64,000 nucleotides of DNA from the human T2T-CHM13v2.0 reference genome, Homo sapiens (GCF_009914755.1 NC_060936.1), one strand, 5' to 3'; positions 40,501-56,156 are shown, numbered from the stretch's first letter. The notes: generated by a model not told the origin, from the letters alone. A program made the numbers and translations.

Positions 40501-42788
40501 CGGCAGTTGAGTTTTACACAACGGGCAAAGGCAAGGAGTTCCTTACCGTGGGGATGACACAGGATAAAACATGGCTGAGACCAGGAGAACTCAGATAAAC
40601 TCGTGGGAGAACCACAATGTGCTGTGGAGGGGAGCAGGCATGCGGGTACACTCCTGACCTCCACAGACGGCCCCTACCACCAGGCCTGATGGAGCTGCCT
40701 ACCTAGCATGGGTAGGCCTCATTCCTTCAGAGAAATGGAAGAAATTTTAATTTCTTTAAAATAAAATCCTTTAATTTTAAGAGACTTAAAATGAAAACCT
40801 TTAAGCCAGCCCTGCCCTTGTGTGTGCTGAGTTCCAGAACCAGGCACTGCCAGTGAGCAGCAGAGGGAATGCACCTGCCTAGGCTGGAGGGGAGCAGGGC
40901 CTGGGGGTGTGGGTGGTGTTTGCTATTCTTCCCAGGATCACTGAGCACCTAGGTGAGCTGAGCTACCGGAGTCCTTGGAAAGACCCAGTGCCCTTCTTCT
41001 TAGGGTCAAGAAGGAAGGCACAAAGAGGGAGAGAGGCTCAGCAGAAGAGGCCCCTAAGCTCCCAAGGCAGGCTGCTGGATGCTGAGAGATGAGGCCACCA
41101 GGTCAACTGCCCTAGGAGGGGAAGGGGAGGGGAGAGCCCTGGCAAGGAAGCCCCCAAGGCTACTGACTCCACAGGAATCATCTCCTGAGCCTGGCTGGGG
41201 TGGTGTGAGCCTAGTGAACCACACGCGCTCCTTTCTCTGCTACTCCAGCAGGAACTGGCCGCTGTGAACCCTCTTCCCACATTAGCCGGCTCTCACACTG
41301 TGACTAAAGAGACCAGCCACCACATGGTCCCGGTTACAGGGGCAGCTGGGGCCTTGCCATCTGGCAGGACCTGCTGCCACTGGCGCTCGCTGTCTGTGAG
41401 CACAGGGTCTGGTGGGCAGGAGGTGACTGGAGGGCATGTCTTCCCAAAGGAGAGCTCGCCAGGCCACTCCTCAGAGGCCCCAGCCCACACCACCAGCTGC
41501 CTCTGCTCCTCCCAACTGTGCACCTCGTGCCATCGAGGGAGGGCTGGGACCCAGCTCCAGGGCTGCGGCTGGCAGAGAAGGACCTGGCCTCCTGCCCACT
41601 GGGACAGAGAGGTAGCGGGTGGGAATTCTACCTTCCTCACCTCCCGAGATGTCCACAGGCTTTGGGGAAATGGTTGAGGGGCTTTGGAAGTTCAGGGAAA
41701 GAAAAGGAGGCCCAGGAAGAGGATGAGGCCAGCCTGGACTTGTTCATCCACAGGGACCAGGGTCCATGTGGCTGACAGTCTCTTGGGGAGGGGACGGGAC
41801 TCTGGGTCAAGAAGCCTAAGTCATAGACATAGTCATCTCCCTGCCTCTGCGCAGACTGCTGGGGTCAAAAACAGCATCACGTAAGCACCCTCCACCTTGG
41901 AGTGCACTGTTTGGGGCAAGGTGCCCCCAGACAGGCCCTGTTGCTAACACTTACACCCAGCAGTTCCGATGGACAAGCTGTAAGGACAGCCTCGCCCCAG
42001 GTGCCAGGCACCAGAGAACTTACAACTGACAGCCAAGGCCAGCTGGTAAGCCCTTGGTTCCCAGCGAGAGAGCCTGTGAGCACAGTGGAGCCTCAGGACA
42101 GCACGATCAGAGCTGGCTTCTCAAAGGCGGTGCCCTTGAGCTCAGTCACCTCTCGCCCCTTTGCCGCCCATTGCTGGCACCTGGCTTGGGCTCTCCGTCT
42201 GCCCAACAGCTCACTTCAGAGGAAACAGGAAACCAACGGGGCCTTCGCTGCCCTCCTCAGCCAAACCCATGCAAGGCCAGCCCATGGAAAGGGAGCCAGG
42301 GAGGGTGAGAGTGGAGGGGCAGAGGCCTGGCTGCTTCTCCTGCTGTGATCTGGGCACACACTAAGCTGCTTAGCCAACAGCTCTATCTCCTGGGCTCAGG
42401 GCTCAGCCATGTGAGGAGGAAGGGATCAGTACAGCCCTGAGGAAGAGTGAGGACCTCAAGTCAGCCAGAGCTGGTGCCCCACAAACTGCTGTGGAACGCG
42501 AGCAACTTACTTAACTACTCTGAGCCCCCTTATGTGCAAAATAGGAACAACAAACAGGAGCTCCCACCTCCTGGGGTTGTATCGGAAATTCAGTGAGGTG
42601 GTAAAGCACCCCGCTCCACGCCTGGCCTATGAGAGATGCTCCACAAACGGTGGCTGTGATGGCAGTGGGGTCACCACCACATGATGGCTGAGCCCAGCAG
42701 ACAATAAGACATGGAAATCAACCACTGCGCAGCCACTCGCAACAAGGAAGAAGGTGGAAAAGCTCATGAGAAACAAACATCCTTATGA

Positions 42789-43224
<436 letters not shown>

Positions 43225-44634
43225 TGATTCAGAGGCTGTGCTACGAGGCCTCTGGGGACCCAGTTCTCCACAGAACTCCTGGCTGAATACCCTGCCTCAG
43301 AGTCCCTCTAGGACAGGCCCACACTTCACTTCTGCGCAATTGGGAATGTGCGTGAGGTACGGGTGCGGCCGCCATAGAAGGAAAGGCCCCGGGCCTGGGT
43401 CAAGCCCAGCGACTACTGGAGCCCCTTGTTCGTCTGTTACATCCTCTGCTGGCAGGCAAAGGGGAAAGAAAACTCCTGGCCATCGGGGCACCCAGATTCT
43501 ACTCTGGGCTCTTTCCAGAACTGGCCATGGGAGCTTGGGCAGGCTGTGTCGCATGTCTAGGCTGTTGCTCCTTATCTGCAGAATGGGAGCCGTGCTCACT
43601 GGTGGATGGAGGAGGGGACAGGGGACAGACTGGGTGGCATCCCAGGGCTCCAGGCATTGGACAGAAGGCATGTCCAGGGCCTGGGCCATGCCCAAAACAA
43701 CCTAGAGCAGGGCAAGTGGCAGAGCCCCTCCCAGGCTGCTGGCAAGGGCCCCCTGGCCCTAAAGCAGCCCATCCTCATCCCACCCCGGCTAGTGACTTTG
43801 AAAGAGCAGCTTCTAGATGCTCAGCCAACTACACACAAAGGCTTCTCCCTACTGGGAACAAAGTAAGAATAACGCCACCCTCACGGGACCAAGGAAGCTC
43901 TGAGAGGGGATCCATGAAGCCAGCCTCGGGAACCAGAGGAGGCAGGGGGGCGGCGAGAGGGCTGGGCAGCAGAATGTTGGCTCGCCTGATTAGCTGACCC
44001 CACCCAGAAGAAGACGGAGGATTCTAGTTCTTTAAGGGAACTGGCAGACTTCTTCTCTAGGAGCCCTCTACCTCCTGGGCCCCAACTCTGAAGCAGCTGC
44101 CTGGCAGAGACAGTGAGGAGGGTGCAGGGAGAGGACTTTGCCCTCCACTGCTCTCCAGCCAGGACACGGCCCCGGCTGGCAGCCTTTCATTCTATACTGA
44201 GCCAAGAGACACACACCAGAGCCCCAGGCTGGCCATGCCCCACCGCCTCTCCAGCCCCACTGGGCACACTGGTAAGTCTGGGGCCTCTGCCCACAGTCAG
44301 GGCCTATCGTGGCCTGGAGCCCACACCTACCACACTGACTACAGCAGGACTGAGGGCACTCATGGTATCTCATGGAAAACAAACTGAGGCCCAGGAGGAA
44401 AATGTTTGTTTAAAATTTTGCACGCCATTTCTCCAGGGCCACTAAGCCAGGTCCACTTACTTTGATTACTCTTTAGTGCTCTCCTTCCAGCCATATGAGG
44501 AAAACATATATGTTTTCAAAACTTAGGAAAATACTGTATTCTATTTTTCCTCACTTGAAATTACATGGACACACCTGCAACTGTATGTGTTTTTTAAAAC
44601 TCCAAGAACTGTACACCAAAAAGAGCAAACTTAA

Positions 44635-44930
44635 AGCTGGGAGTTGTGGCTCACGCCTATAATCCCAGCACTTTGGGAGGCTGAGGTGGGTGAGTCGCTT
44701 AAGCCCAGGAGTCTGAGACAAGTCTGGACAACATGGCGAAACCTGTCTCTACAAAAACCACAAAAATTAGCTAGGCATGTTGGTGCGCACCTGTAATCCC
44801 AGCTACTGGGGAGGCTGAGGCTTGAGTCCAGGAGATTAAAGCTACAGTGAGCTGAGATGGTGCCACTACACCTCCAGCCCGGGCAACAGAGCCAGACCCT
44901 GTCTCAAAAAATAAATTAATAAATAAATAA
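44635..44930 (+). mobile_element. AluJ
   Basis: Diverged dimeric Alu. Confidence 0.9.
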
Positions 44931-45103
44931 AAAGAGAAAACTTTAAGGCATGTATGTTGGTAATACAATACATAATTATACATATATACATAGTATGTAA
45001 ACTTCACAGTGCATTGAGAACATTTTCCCTGTGTCATTTAATAGTTTCCCAAACCCACTCATCCATGCACATACCATACTTTATTTAAAATGTTCCCCTA
45101 ATG

Positions 45104-45405
45104 GGCCAGGTGCAATGGCTCATGCCTGTAATCCCAGCACTTTGGGAGGCCAAGGTGGGTGGATCACATGGTCAGGAGTTCAAGACTAGCCTGGCCAACA
45201 TGGTGAAACCCCATGCCTACTAAAAATACAAAAATTAGCTGGGCATGCTGGCATGCACATGTAATCCTAGCTACTCAAGAGGCTGAGGCAGGAGAATTGC
45301 TTGAACCTGGGAGGCAGAGGTTGCAGTGAGCTGAGATCACACAATTGCATGTTAACCTGGCAACATAGTGAGACTCTGTCCCAAAAAATAAAAAGTAAAT
45401 AAATA
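45104..45405 (+). mobile_element. AluS
   Basis: Full Alu; TSD aaaatgttccc(c/a)taatg. Confidence 0.95.
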
Positions 45406-45720
45406 AAATGTTCCCATAATGTAAGAAATTTAAATTGTTTTTGATTTTCCTTTATTATAAATTGCTCTTTAATGAGCACTCTAACACATAAGATATTTGA
45501 TAGCTTTTCTTATTATTTTCTTAATATGGAGTTTTAGAAGTGCAGTTACTGGTCCAAAGATATGCCTTTAGTGCCCTTAGCCTTAGTTCTTAAGGCTTGT
45601 AGTACCCTTTGCAAAGAGGCTTTTCTCAAAGGTTTTGACACGCTATACTCCACCAGTGCTGGAGTAGAGGGCTGCATCATGTTAGCAGTTATCAGCTTAA
45701 AAATCTGTGCACATTTGGAA

Positions 45721-45895
45721 GGCAAGATGGCATGCACCTGTAGTCCCAGCTACTAGGGAGGCTGAGGCAGAAGAATCACTTGAGGCCAGAAATTTGAGCC
45801 TGCAGTAGCTATGATTGCACCACTGCACTCCAGCCTGAGCAACAAGGTGAGATCCTATCTCTATAAAAAAAAGAATAATAATAAAGAAAAAAGAA
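45721..45895 (+). mobile_element. Alu right monomer (FRAM/AluJ)
   Basis: Single arm plus A-rich tail. Confidence 0.8.
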
Positions 45896-47169
45896 AGGCA
45901 AAAAGTAGTATACTATTGTTGCCATAATTTGGATTTCTTTGATTACTAGTGATGTTCTGCATTCCTTCTCATGTTTATTGATTGCTAATATTTCATGTAC
46001 AAACCTAGTTACAGCAACAACCAGCAAGCCACAACTCTCAAACATCCTTGCCATCTTAGTGCCATTGCTGTAATATATAAAACACACATTAAACCACAGC
46101 AGTTAATATTGTGCTCGTGGTTAATACCACAGTGCAGTAGAGACAGGCTGGCATAGCGTGAGAAGCAGAGGTTCCAAGCCAGACAGCCCTGGGTTTAAAT
46201 GTCTCCTCCCTCATGGACCAGCCATGTGACCTTGGCAAAGTAACTTAACCGCTCTTACCTTGGGTGTCATCTGCTGTGGAGCTATAAAATGAAACAGTCA
46301 TCACTTCCTTCCAGGGCCCCATGAGAATCAGGTGAGGATGACACAGGGGAGGCAGGTACACACGGCCACACACCCGAGGGGACTCAGCAGGGGGCAGTAA
46401 TGACCACAGGGGACACTACTAAAGGGCTGAGTATGCAGAGCTCCCATCCCGGAGAGAAGGGGGGAAGAGGATGATGCCAGTGATACTGGGCTGTATTGTT
46501 AGGTCACTAAAGTCCAGTGTGGCATCCAAAAGTGTGCCTGTCAGACCGAGTCTTCCCGTCGAGTACGCTTTACAGAGGGCCTCATCCTCTGAGGGCTGAC
46601 CGTGGGAAGGCAGGGAACTGGACCCAAAGATCCTGGCTTTTCCTCCCCAGGAGACCAGGGATAAGCTCAGCATCCCCATACACTGAAGGCAGCAGGAAGC
46701 TGGCTGTCTAACACCTCTCTTGCTTTGTAAGAGGGTCCTTCCTAATGCAGAGCTGGGGAAAGGAGAGACGCTGGGAGGGGCTAGCATGCCGCACCAGGGA
46801 AAGGCTGGTGCTCTCAGCGGTGGCTGGCTCTGCCTGCAGCTACGTGACTGAGAGAAGAAAGTCATTCAGAGAAATCCCAAGACACAGAGAGCAGCATCGT
46901 GGCTTAGATCCCTCTTGCCTCCCTCCTCCGAGGGCTGGCAGTGGGGAGTGTATATACCTCCGAAAATGAGAGCTGGCTAATAGCAGGAAGCCCAGGGCCT
47001 CTGCACCTACTTACCTCCCACCAGAAGAAAGCACCATTCCTCAGCACCACCCCCATCAACTCAGGCCCAGGAACAGGTGAATCCACCCAGCCAGACACAA
47101 GCAGGCGGGGAAAGATGCAGGGAGATACCCCACCTGCGTATCTCCTTAAATCTGCTTTAAAATCTTCCA

Positions 47170-47405
47170 GGAGGCTGGCAGATCACTGGAGCTCAGGAGT
47201 TCCAGACCAGTCCGGCCAACATGGTGAAACCCATCTCTACTAAAAATACAAAACTTAGTCAGATGCGGTGTCACGCCCGTAATCCCAGCTACTCGGGAGG
47301 CTGAGACACAAGAATCAAACCCAGGAGGTGGAAGTTGCAGTGAGCTGAGATCGCACTACTGCACTCCAAACTGGGAAACAGAATGAGACCTCAGCTCAAA
47401 TAAAT
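47170..47405 (+). mobile_element. 5'-truncated AluS
   Basis: Alu body; TSD taaaat(ctt/gct)ccaggagg. Confidence 0.9.
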
Positions 47406-50400
47406 AAAATGCTCCAGGAGGGAAAAAAAAAAGGAGTGAGAGTAGATGGAATAAAGTCACAGTAGAATGTGGCATCAGGTGAGGGTGACATAGGGGTTCA
47501 CTACATTATTCACCATATTTTTGTGCATGTTTAAATATTCCCACAATATATAAAAGCTAAGAGGAAAAAGGCGAGTAATAGAAACAGGGGGACTACATAA
47601 GGTCATGATGCCTGTCCCTCTTTGTCAAACTTCTCTGTACCTCTTATCTTGGAGATGCCCTCCCTGTTCCTGCCCTACAGCCAGCATTCTTTTGCCTTTA
47701 TTCCATTTCACAATTTCCACATCCCTGGCTGTTTTCCTCACCCCCACTCAGCTCCTTGCTTATCGCCTTCTTCTTCACCCTCCTTGTCACGACCCTGTCA
47801 GAAGCTCTGATAACCCTCCAAGAAGACCAAGTCCAAGAGAGCAGACCAGGAACCAGGACTCCTGGGTTTCAGCCCCAGCAACGCCACTGTCTGCACCTAT
47901 GCAACTAACCCCTACCCAGTTCACATCACATGAAAGCCCAGCAGAGCCCCCAAAGAGATGTTCAGAAGTCACTGCTGCTGCTACTTCTACAAGGCAAACA
48001 AAGGAGAGCCCCCATCCCTCAGAACCTGTTTGCTGGGATCCACCTCAGGCAGCAGAACAGGGACATGGACCAGGCTGCCTGGCAGGGCACCACGGAGGGC
48101 TGGGGAAATGGGAATATAGATGCCATGATGATCATATTAATGAGGGTAAAAATTAGGACCAACAGGGGACGTCCCCTCTGCACATGTGTACAAGTGTGTG
48201 CCTTTCACAGACAATAGAGGCTGAAGTCAGGGAGGCAGCATGCACAGGCAGGCCTGGCTCAGACAGGGGCCACGTCCCAGTCAGACAGTCTCCTGCCACG
48301 CGTTCCCAGCAAGGATGTGAAAACAGCCCTGCCACTCGCTTTCCACCCACACCCCTCCATGCCTTGCCTTTCTCCCTCTTTTTCATGAGGGAGGAGAGTG
48401 TGCTCGCCCTCTTCTCTCCCAGGATGACAGTCAGGCCTGGAAAACAGAAGGCAGGACCAAGGGACAAATCAGGGTGCCCTCAGGTCTAATGCCAGCCATG
48501 TCCTGCCATACTGGGTGCCTGCGGAACCCACATACCCCTCTCCAGGCTGAGAAGATGGCCACCTGACCTCCTTTGGGAGGTCATTCCTTTGGGGTGGTCA
48601 TGTTTTGGGGGAAACCAGAGAGAACCTGAAGTGAGGAAACAGCTTGGGGATGAAGGTGCTGTACAGACACCGGGCCAGTCCCGCCGGCTACTCATGTTTA
48701 CTATGCACAGCCAGCACACCCATGGGCGAAAGACCTTCGGTGCCCCCTGCTCCTAAGAGCTAAGCACTAAATAGTGCATCCGCTGCTGCTCCCTGCTAAC
48801 TCTCCCAATGGACCCTCACGCTGCCCCACTAGGGACTGGGATTTGAAGAGGTAACCTTTAACTCCATTGTTGAGTGAGGAAATAAGGGCAAGGGATTTTA
48901 CCCTAAAATAGGGAATATAGACTAGTTGGCCTTGGGATCTAAAGCCAGGAGTCCCGACTCCCAGCCAGGGCTCTCCCCATGAGACATGGGAGAGTTGGCC
49001 AAGCTTTCTGGGGAAGAGCACCATCTGGGGTTCGGTTTTCCTAGCTAGCCAAGGAGAAGGAGCCGGCCCTGACAAACTCAGTGACATTCACACAGGGCAT
49101 CGTGGGAACAAATAAAAGCCACAAACCACAATTCAACACAAAGCAGGCTGGATCCTGGCAGCTGCAGACTGATCAGCCCAATATGTCCCGGGGGTGGGGC
49201 AGGAGAGGACTCTGAGATGCCCGGGAAGGACATTTGTCATGCCAGCCAGACCAAGGCTGCCCCGCAGAGTGAGAGCAACAAAGGATGCAGATCCAGGACC
49301 AGGATCACAGGCTTAGCTCAGCTGCTTCTAACCAGGAGCCTTGGACAGATCACTTGGCCTCTCTGACTCTCAGTTTTTCTACCTATAGAGTGGGGATAAT
49401 GCATCTTCCTTACAGGAACAATAGAAGTGCTTTGTAAACCATAAACAGCACAGGAAAATGAAGGAATATCCTAGTCCTCTTGAGGATTAGAGGGGGAGGG
49501 AAGAGGAGGGAAGGAAGAGAAAAAGGTAGGAAAGGATCCAAAATGAGGCTGAGATTTTGAAACCCAACCTGCTGGCTTTATAGCCAAGCTTTTCATCATC
49601 ACTGGAAACTCAAACCTGCAGCAATTATATGCTGAGGTCATAAACGTGATTAAAAAGGTTGTTTGCAAAGCTGATTCCAGGGAAATGAGCTGCAGATGGC
49701 GGTGGCATCAATGTCCTTTTGCAGCAGGCAGCAGCTGGCTGTGTGGACTCAGGGACAGCTGGAAGGAGTTGTGCTAATGCCCACCCCCAGCTTTGGAAGG
49801 CGGGGGCAAGCTGACTGCCCTCTCTGTGCCTGGGGACAGGGGAGACTTGCAGAGAGCTGAAACCCTAAGCCATAAAACCGCCATTTGTTCCAGAGAGAAA
49901 AGCCAGTTTTTCAATTCCAGCCCAACCAGGAGGGTGGGCCAAGCTCAGAGAAAGAAGAGTGGACTGAGAGCACGAGTCCTTCCACGGCAGCCTGCCTCGG
50001 GCGGGACAGGCTGCAGTGGCTCTGGCTGTCCACTGGGAGTGTCCTTGGTGAGGGAGGAAAGAAGGCAAAGCCACATCTGAAGTCTCTCGGCCAGAAGAAC
50101 CCTCTGTTCTGAGGCCAACAGGTAGCCCTGGTATAAGGAGAAGGTGGAAAATACAGGCACCAGAACCTTCTCTGCTGCTTATGGCTTCATAGAATGTTTT
50201 GCAGGTGACATTTCACATAAGTGGGCACCAGCCTGTCTGTCTTTGATGGAAAGACATCAGGAGGCAGGACCCAGGTCTCTGTCAGTGGCTTCCTGTCAGA
50301 GTGGCCAACACGGGATACTTAAAAATGTGAAGAAGGAGACGTCGATCAGGATAATACAATGAGCCCTTGGCCCAAATTTGGGAAGGGCCCTCTCTTTTGA

Positions 50401-51049
50401 TGTATCTCACTACCTCAGCTGCCATCCCTCTCCTGGTCACTTCTACCCATGCTTCAGCCACAGCCCCACTTACTCCAGGAAGCCCTCCCTGATGAGTCAC
50501 CTGCAGCAACCTCCTGTCCTGCAGATCCTCACCCCGTACTGCTCACTGCCTTGGCTGCTGCTCCCAATCACTCATATGCGTGCCCATGTCTGTCTGACAA
50601 CTGGGCGCTCCCTAATGGCAGAAGCACATCCATATGACATTTCTCAAATGTTCCCTATAGTACAGGGAACCCAGAGCACGTCCAATGACGTTGGGATGTG
50701 AGCCTGCAGAGCTTTTCACAAATTTGCAGAACAAGCTGTGTCCTTCAGCATCATTACCTGCCCTCCCCCTCCGACTGAACCTGGAGAAGAGTCAACAGCC
50801 TGCTACCAAAAATCCCCCACAGCCCGGACTCGGATGATTCGCCTACAAAGGCTGGGGAGCACAGTCCCAGGCTTACTAATCTCCTCTCTACCCCATCCCC
50901 ATTTTTTCCAGTCCCCAGAAAGTCCCAATCAATCTCTCAGCAAATTCCACAGGATCTGTCAGATTCAGATCCAGTCAACTGCAGGCCGAGTGCTCTTCGC
51001 ATCTCATCTTATCTACTGCAGGAAGCAACCTGAGGGCAGCAAAGAGGAA

Positions 51050-52150
51050 GACAGCTGGTATGAACGGGCTCTGAAACCTACCAGCTGTGCGGCCCAGAGA
51101 AAGCTACCTAACCTCTCTGAGCTTCAGCTGCTTCAGCTGTAAAATGGCAAGTATACCGCCTTTCTCAGGTTTACTGTTGAAATCATGTTTGTAAAGTGTT
51201 TATAAAGTGTTTAGCACTCTTAGAAAGTACTCAATAATGGTAATTAACATGAAATTATCATACCAATCTCTTCAGGTAGGTATTATTGTCTTCTGTCTAC
51301 CAATGAGGGTGAAGGTCAGAGACGTTAAGCAACTGGTTCAGAGCCACACAGTATCTGCTCAGGAGGCAGAGCTGGGGGTTCAGACAGAGCAGCAGAGCGT
51401 GCCCTCAGCCCTGGGGAAGTTTGCAACCTCAAGTCACAGGGACAGAGTAGCTGTGGGAACTTGGGTCAGGTACCTCCACCCCTCCCCAGGTTCAGCAGCT
51501 CCCCAGGAATCCTGGAACATGAGGCATGGCCTCAGCAAGTCTCCATTTGAGAGAATCAGCTGGGATCTCCCAGATTAAGTGTTGTTGCAGGCAGCTGGGC
51601 CAAACCGCCTGCCCTGGACCCTAGAGCTCATCAGATTGGCACCTGCTCTTCCCACACAGGCAAACACGGATGGTGCCACTGGCCGAACCCCGCCATCAGC
51701 CTTCACACAGTTGAGCTCACCAGGAAAGCAGAATCTCTAAAACTCCAGCTGCAGTGCAAGCCCAGCCCCCAGGGACACCGCTGTCCACATCTGAAATAGC
51801 TGGCGATCATCACGGGGTGGGAGACAGGATGCAGTGGGCACCTTCCACATTGAAACCCACTCAATTAAAACCCCACGTGTGGGGGACAGACACACACGTA
51901 CCCATCACACCCAGTCTTACGTGTCCACTGAGACCCTGGTTACGTTAGACATGGCCTCAAAGGAAGTAGGTACTTTCACAAACATCATCTCCTTTGATCT
52001 TCTCAACCACCCTGAGGAGTATGTACTTTTGCCCCACTTTACAGATGAGGAAACTGAGAAGACATCAGGCAATTTTTCCAACATCACACAAAGGATAAGG
52101 AAAATGTTAGGATGCCAACCCCATGTCTCCAGGTTTCTTTCCACTACAGC
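51050..52150. mobile_element. Cluster of MIR fragments (51050-51250 +, 51260-51390 -, 51950-52150 -)
   Basis: MIR cores such as ttacagatgaggaaactgag. Confidence 0.6.
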
Positions 52151-52921
52151 ATGCTGTTCATTTGTGATCTCGTTCATTCATCCATCCTTCCTTCCACTCA
52201 TTCCTTCATTCACTCACCTATATTTTTCCCTAAACAGCTACAGGTCACCACTGTCTGGGTTGTTTGCTACTACCTTCTGCTGCTGCCTGAGAAAACCTGG
52301 GAGACTGTGATCACATTTTTTTTCCTGTAGAGCTGCCCGAATACAGCTCTTCTCAAAGCCTTGCAGCAGAGATGATACAGCCATCAGCAGCTGATCCTGG
52401 AATGAGTGTTGAGAGCAGCACAGACCACTCTACGTTTCTGCTCTGACCACAGGTCTGGCCTAGAATTTGCCCCTCCACTGCACAATGCAGGTAAAAACCT
52501 TTAAAAAAATAAATAAATGGTCTCTGAGCCTCCCAGAAATACAGCACTTAGAATGTTGTTTTTGGAGGGGGCATGTGATAAAGAATGGGAAAGATAATAA
52601 AGTAGCCTGTCACCCAGCTCACAGGCAGGTGCATGTGGCTGCAGGGGATCGTTTAGTCAATTTAATGACATATTTGTTGAGTATCTATTACTGTGCCTGG
52701 TACGGGATGGAGTGGGTCAGGGAATAGGGGAGGGCACAAAGGGAGTCAAAAAGAATAGAAAGAAAGCCGTCAAAGGGCTGATGGTCTGGTTGAGGGAAAA
52801 AGACAGGAACCATCTGCTTAGACAACACAGATATAAAGTGTACTTGAGAAATTCAGAGGATGGTAAGGTGCCTGCAAGTGGGGACACAAAAATTTCATTC
52901 AGACCATGGAATTTCAGCTAG

Positions 52922-53250
<329 letters not shown>

Positions 53251-54282
53251 AAAGAAATTACCCAAACTGCCTGCTCAACACCATTGCTAATGAAAAAGCC
53301 TGCCTTGGTCTCTCCTTCCCTGATCTTAGCTTTTCTTTCTATCTCTGCAAAGCCTCCGTATAGAAATCTGGTTTTATTGTGCCTGGTAAGGGTCCTAGTT
53401 CAGTTCTAAAACAATTAACAACCATGAAGGGACAAAAGTCCGAAGTGGGCATCTCGCTTATGGCACATCAGCCTCTAGTCATAGTCACCCTCAGACCCCA
53501 TCTAGCGGCTGCCCGAATTATTTCATTCAGGGATCTGTGTGTTTGGCTGATAACCAGGCACCACTGGCCCGTGGGGTGCTATGACTATTGCAGTGTTAAA
53601 AACAAGGCACTTGGCTGGGAAGACGTCTGCCGTTAAGTGGCAGGCTCATGGACAACGGCCTCAAGGTATTTTTCCTTCAGACATTTGGTCCCACTTTGGC
53701 AAGACATCTTGGCATTGCTTGGGCAAGATATTACGCTCTGCTTCTTCAGAGCGTTGGGTGGGAGATACCCCATAGACAGCTGAAGGGACTGGGACCTTGG
53801 GAAATCACATTTAAAATTTTTGGACTTGTTTAAAATTGTTTGACTTGGTTTAAACACAGTTCAAAGCCCAGCTGAGGCATTAAGGGTTTGTCACCTAAGG
53901 TTGTCATCTAAAATGGGAAATGTGTGCTCTATTCCTCCTTGTGGCCCGGTAGGATGTATTCTGCAGAATTGGGCTGCTTTTAGCTTTGAGCTTGTGAAAA
54001 AGAAAAAGTTTTTTTTATTGCAATGCTTCCTGGCTATAATATTCCCTAGGACCTGGGGAATGGTAGCCAGGATTTGGATCTTTAACGTAAAGCCAAGAGC
54101 TAAAGAAAATTTTAGTTAGTTGTTAGTCATGGTGGACACATTTATTGGACAGGTGCAAGCCTTTCCCTGCCACACTGAGAGGGTTTCAAAAGCCTTACTG
54201 AAAGAAATTTTCCTCAGATTTGGGGTTCCATTCCCCATACACAGTGATAACGAGAGTGCCTTTATTGCCACTTTATTGCCAC

Positions 54283-54527
54283 TTTTTTTTGAGACAGTGT
54301 CCCACTCTGTCACCCAGGCTGGAGTGCAGTGGTATAATCACAGCTCACAGCAGCCTCGACCTTCTGGGCTCACAGGATCCTCCCACCTCAACCTCCCAAG
54401 TAGCTGGGGCTACAGGCACGCACCATGTCTGGCTAATTTTTTTTTTAATAGGAATGAAGTCTCACTATGCTGCCTAGGCTGGTCTCAAACTCCTGGGCTC
54501 AAGCAATGCTCCAGCCTCAGCCACCCC
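54283..54527 (-). mobile_element. AluJ inserted in ERV pol
   Basis: Antisense diverged Alu. Confidence 0.9.
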
Positions 54528-54595
54528 AAGCCTGTTGATTTCACCATAATTAACCCACTGTCTAATTTCTCATTTTCTGACTCAACTACAAATTA

Positions 54596-54995
<400 letters not shown>

Positions 54996-55559
54996 TTAGT
55001 TTACTATCAGATTGATGGGAATTCTAGATGCCCTTACTCTTATTACTGTGATTCCCTAACAGCCTGTTCAGGAATGCCTCCAAGCTGTATCTTGGATCGA
55101 GTTAAATTCAGCAACTCCTTACTACAAAGCAACACTCGGAAATAGACCTACCAGGTCCTTGGTTTAATCCAATCCACGAAGCCCTGCTACAAGATTCTAA
55201 ACTTAATCTATACAATCTTTCTGTGTTCCTCTGTGCATCCTCAGAATATCTATTTGTTTGTAGGGGATAACAAGAAACCCTCTGGATGTATGAATGTATT
55301 GACAGCTAGCATATAGGAGGAACTTGCCTGTAAGGATACTCATTTATCCCAGTTTTCTGTACACAAAACTGCTGAAACCAAGCACTGGAAAAGCTCCCTA
55401 AAATTACTTGGTAAAACTAAATGGTCCACAACTCACTTTCGAGATATACAGATTCATACTTGCCTGGTACCAAGAAGACAGAGCTGGGTATTTCTTCAGA
55501 TAAACTTTGTTACCTTGGCGGAGAACGGTGCCCCATGAGCGCAGAATTAGAAATCTCTC

Positions 55560-55990
55560 CCTTTATGAATTCTTGTCAAGGAAATTGCAATCGCAGCCCA
55601 GCAGAGAGGAATTAATGTATTGGGTCAGGTTGTCTTAGATAATAGGATAGCCCTAGATTACATCTTAGCGGAGCAGGGAGGAGTATGTATGGTTGCAAAT
55701 ACCGCGTGCTATATTTACATAAACGAATCCGTGGAGGTAGAAACTCATCTAGGAAAAGTTAGAGAGCAAGCCACTTGGGTACAACAGCCTCCCAGACTGT
55801 CTCTGAGGACTGGTTTTCTTTTCTGTTTTCTTGGATTCCTCGTGGAAAACAGTCTATGTTTTCTGGGTGGCTAAAACTAGGCATGTCAGTCTTGTTAATT
55901 GTGCTTATGCTTTCTATTATGACCAAATGTGCATTAAAATGTTGTAGTGAAGCTGTGACTAAAGCAACTAATACAATGATAGTTCAGCAC
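55560..55990 (+). pseudogene. Retroviral env TM remnant (immunosuppressive domain, CX6CC-derived motif, membrane anchor)
   Basis: VVLDNRIALDYILAEQGGVCMVANTACYIYINES, then a frameshift to the hydrophobic GMSVLLIVLMLSIM. Confidence 0.88.
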
Positions 55991-56156
55991 CACGGTGCCA
56001 TGCCTGGGACTCGTGAATATTGTGAACTCCATGCTATTATAGAAACTTTCTCTCTTCATATCCTAGTCCCCGATCTTTGCCCCAATTCAGCAGGAAGTAG
56101 CCAGAGTGGTCTGTTCCCCTATACCCCTCAGGATTGTGGAGTGACAAGGATGGAAC

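Larger units (their letters stand above)
44940..46000 (-). mobile_element. Old L1M fragment interrupted by Alus
   Basis: AT-rich L1ME/MC-like 3' sequence between Alus (ttgtttttgatttt...atttctttgattactagtga). Confidence 0.55.
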
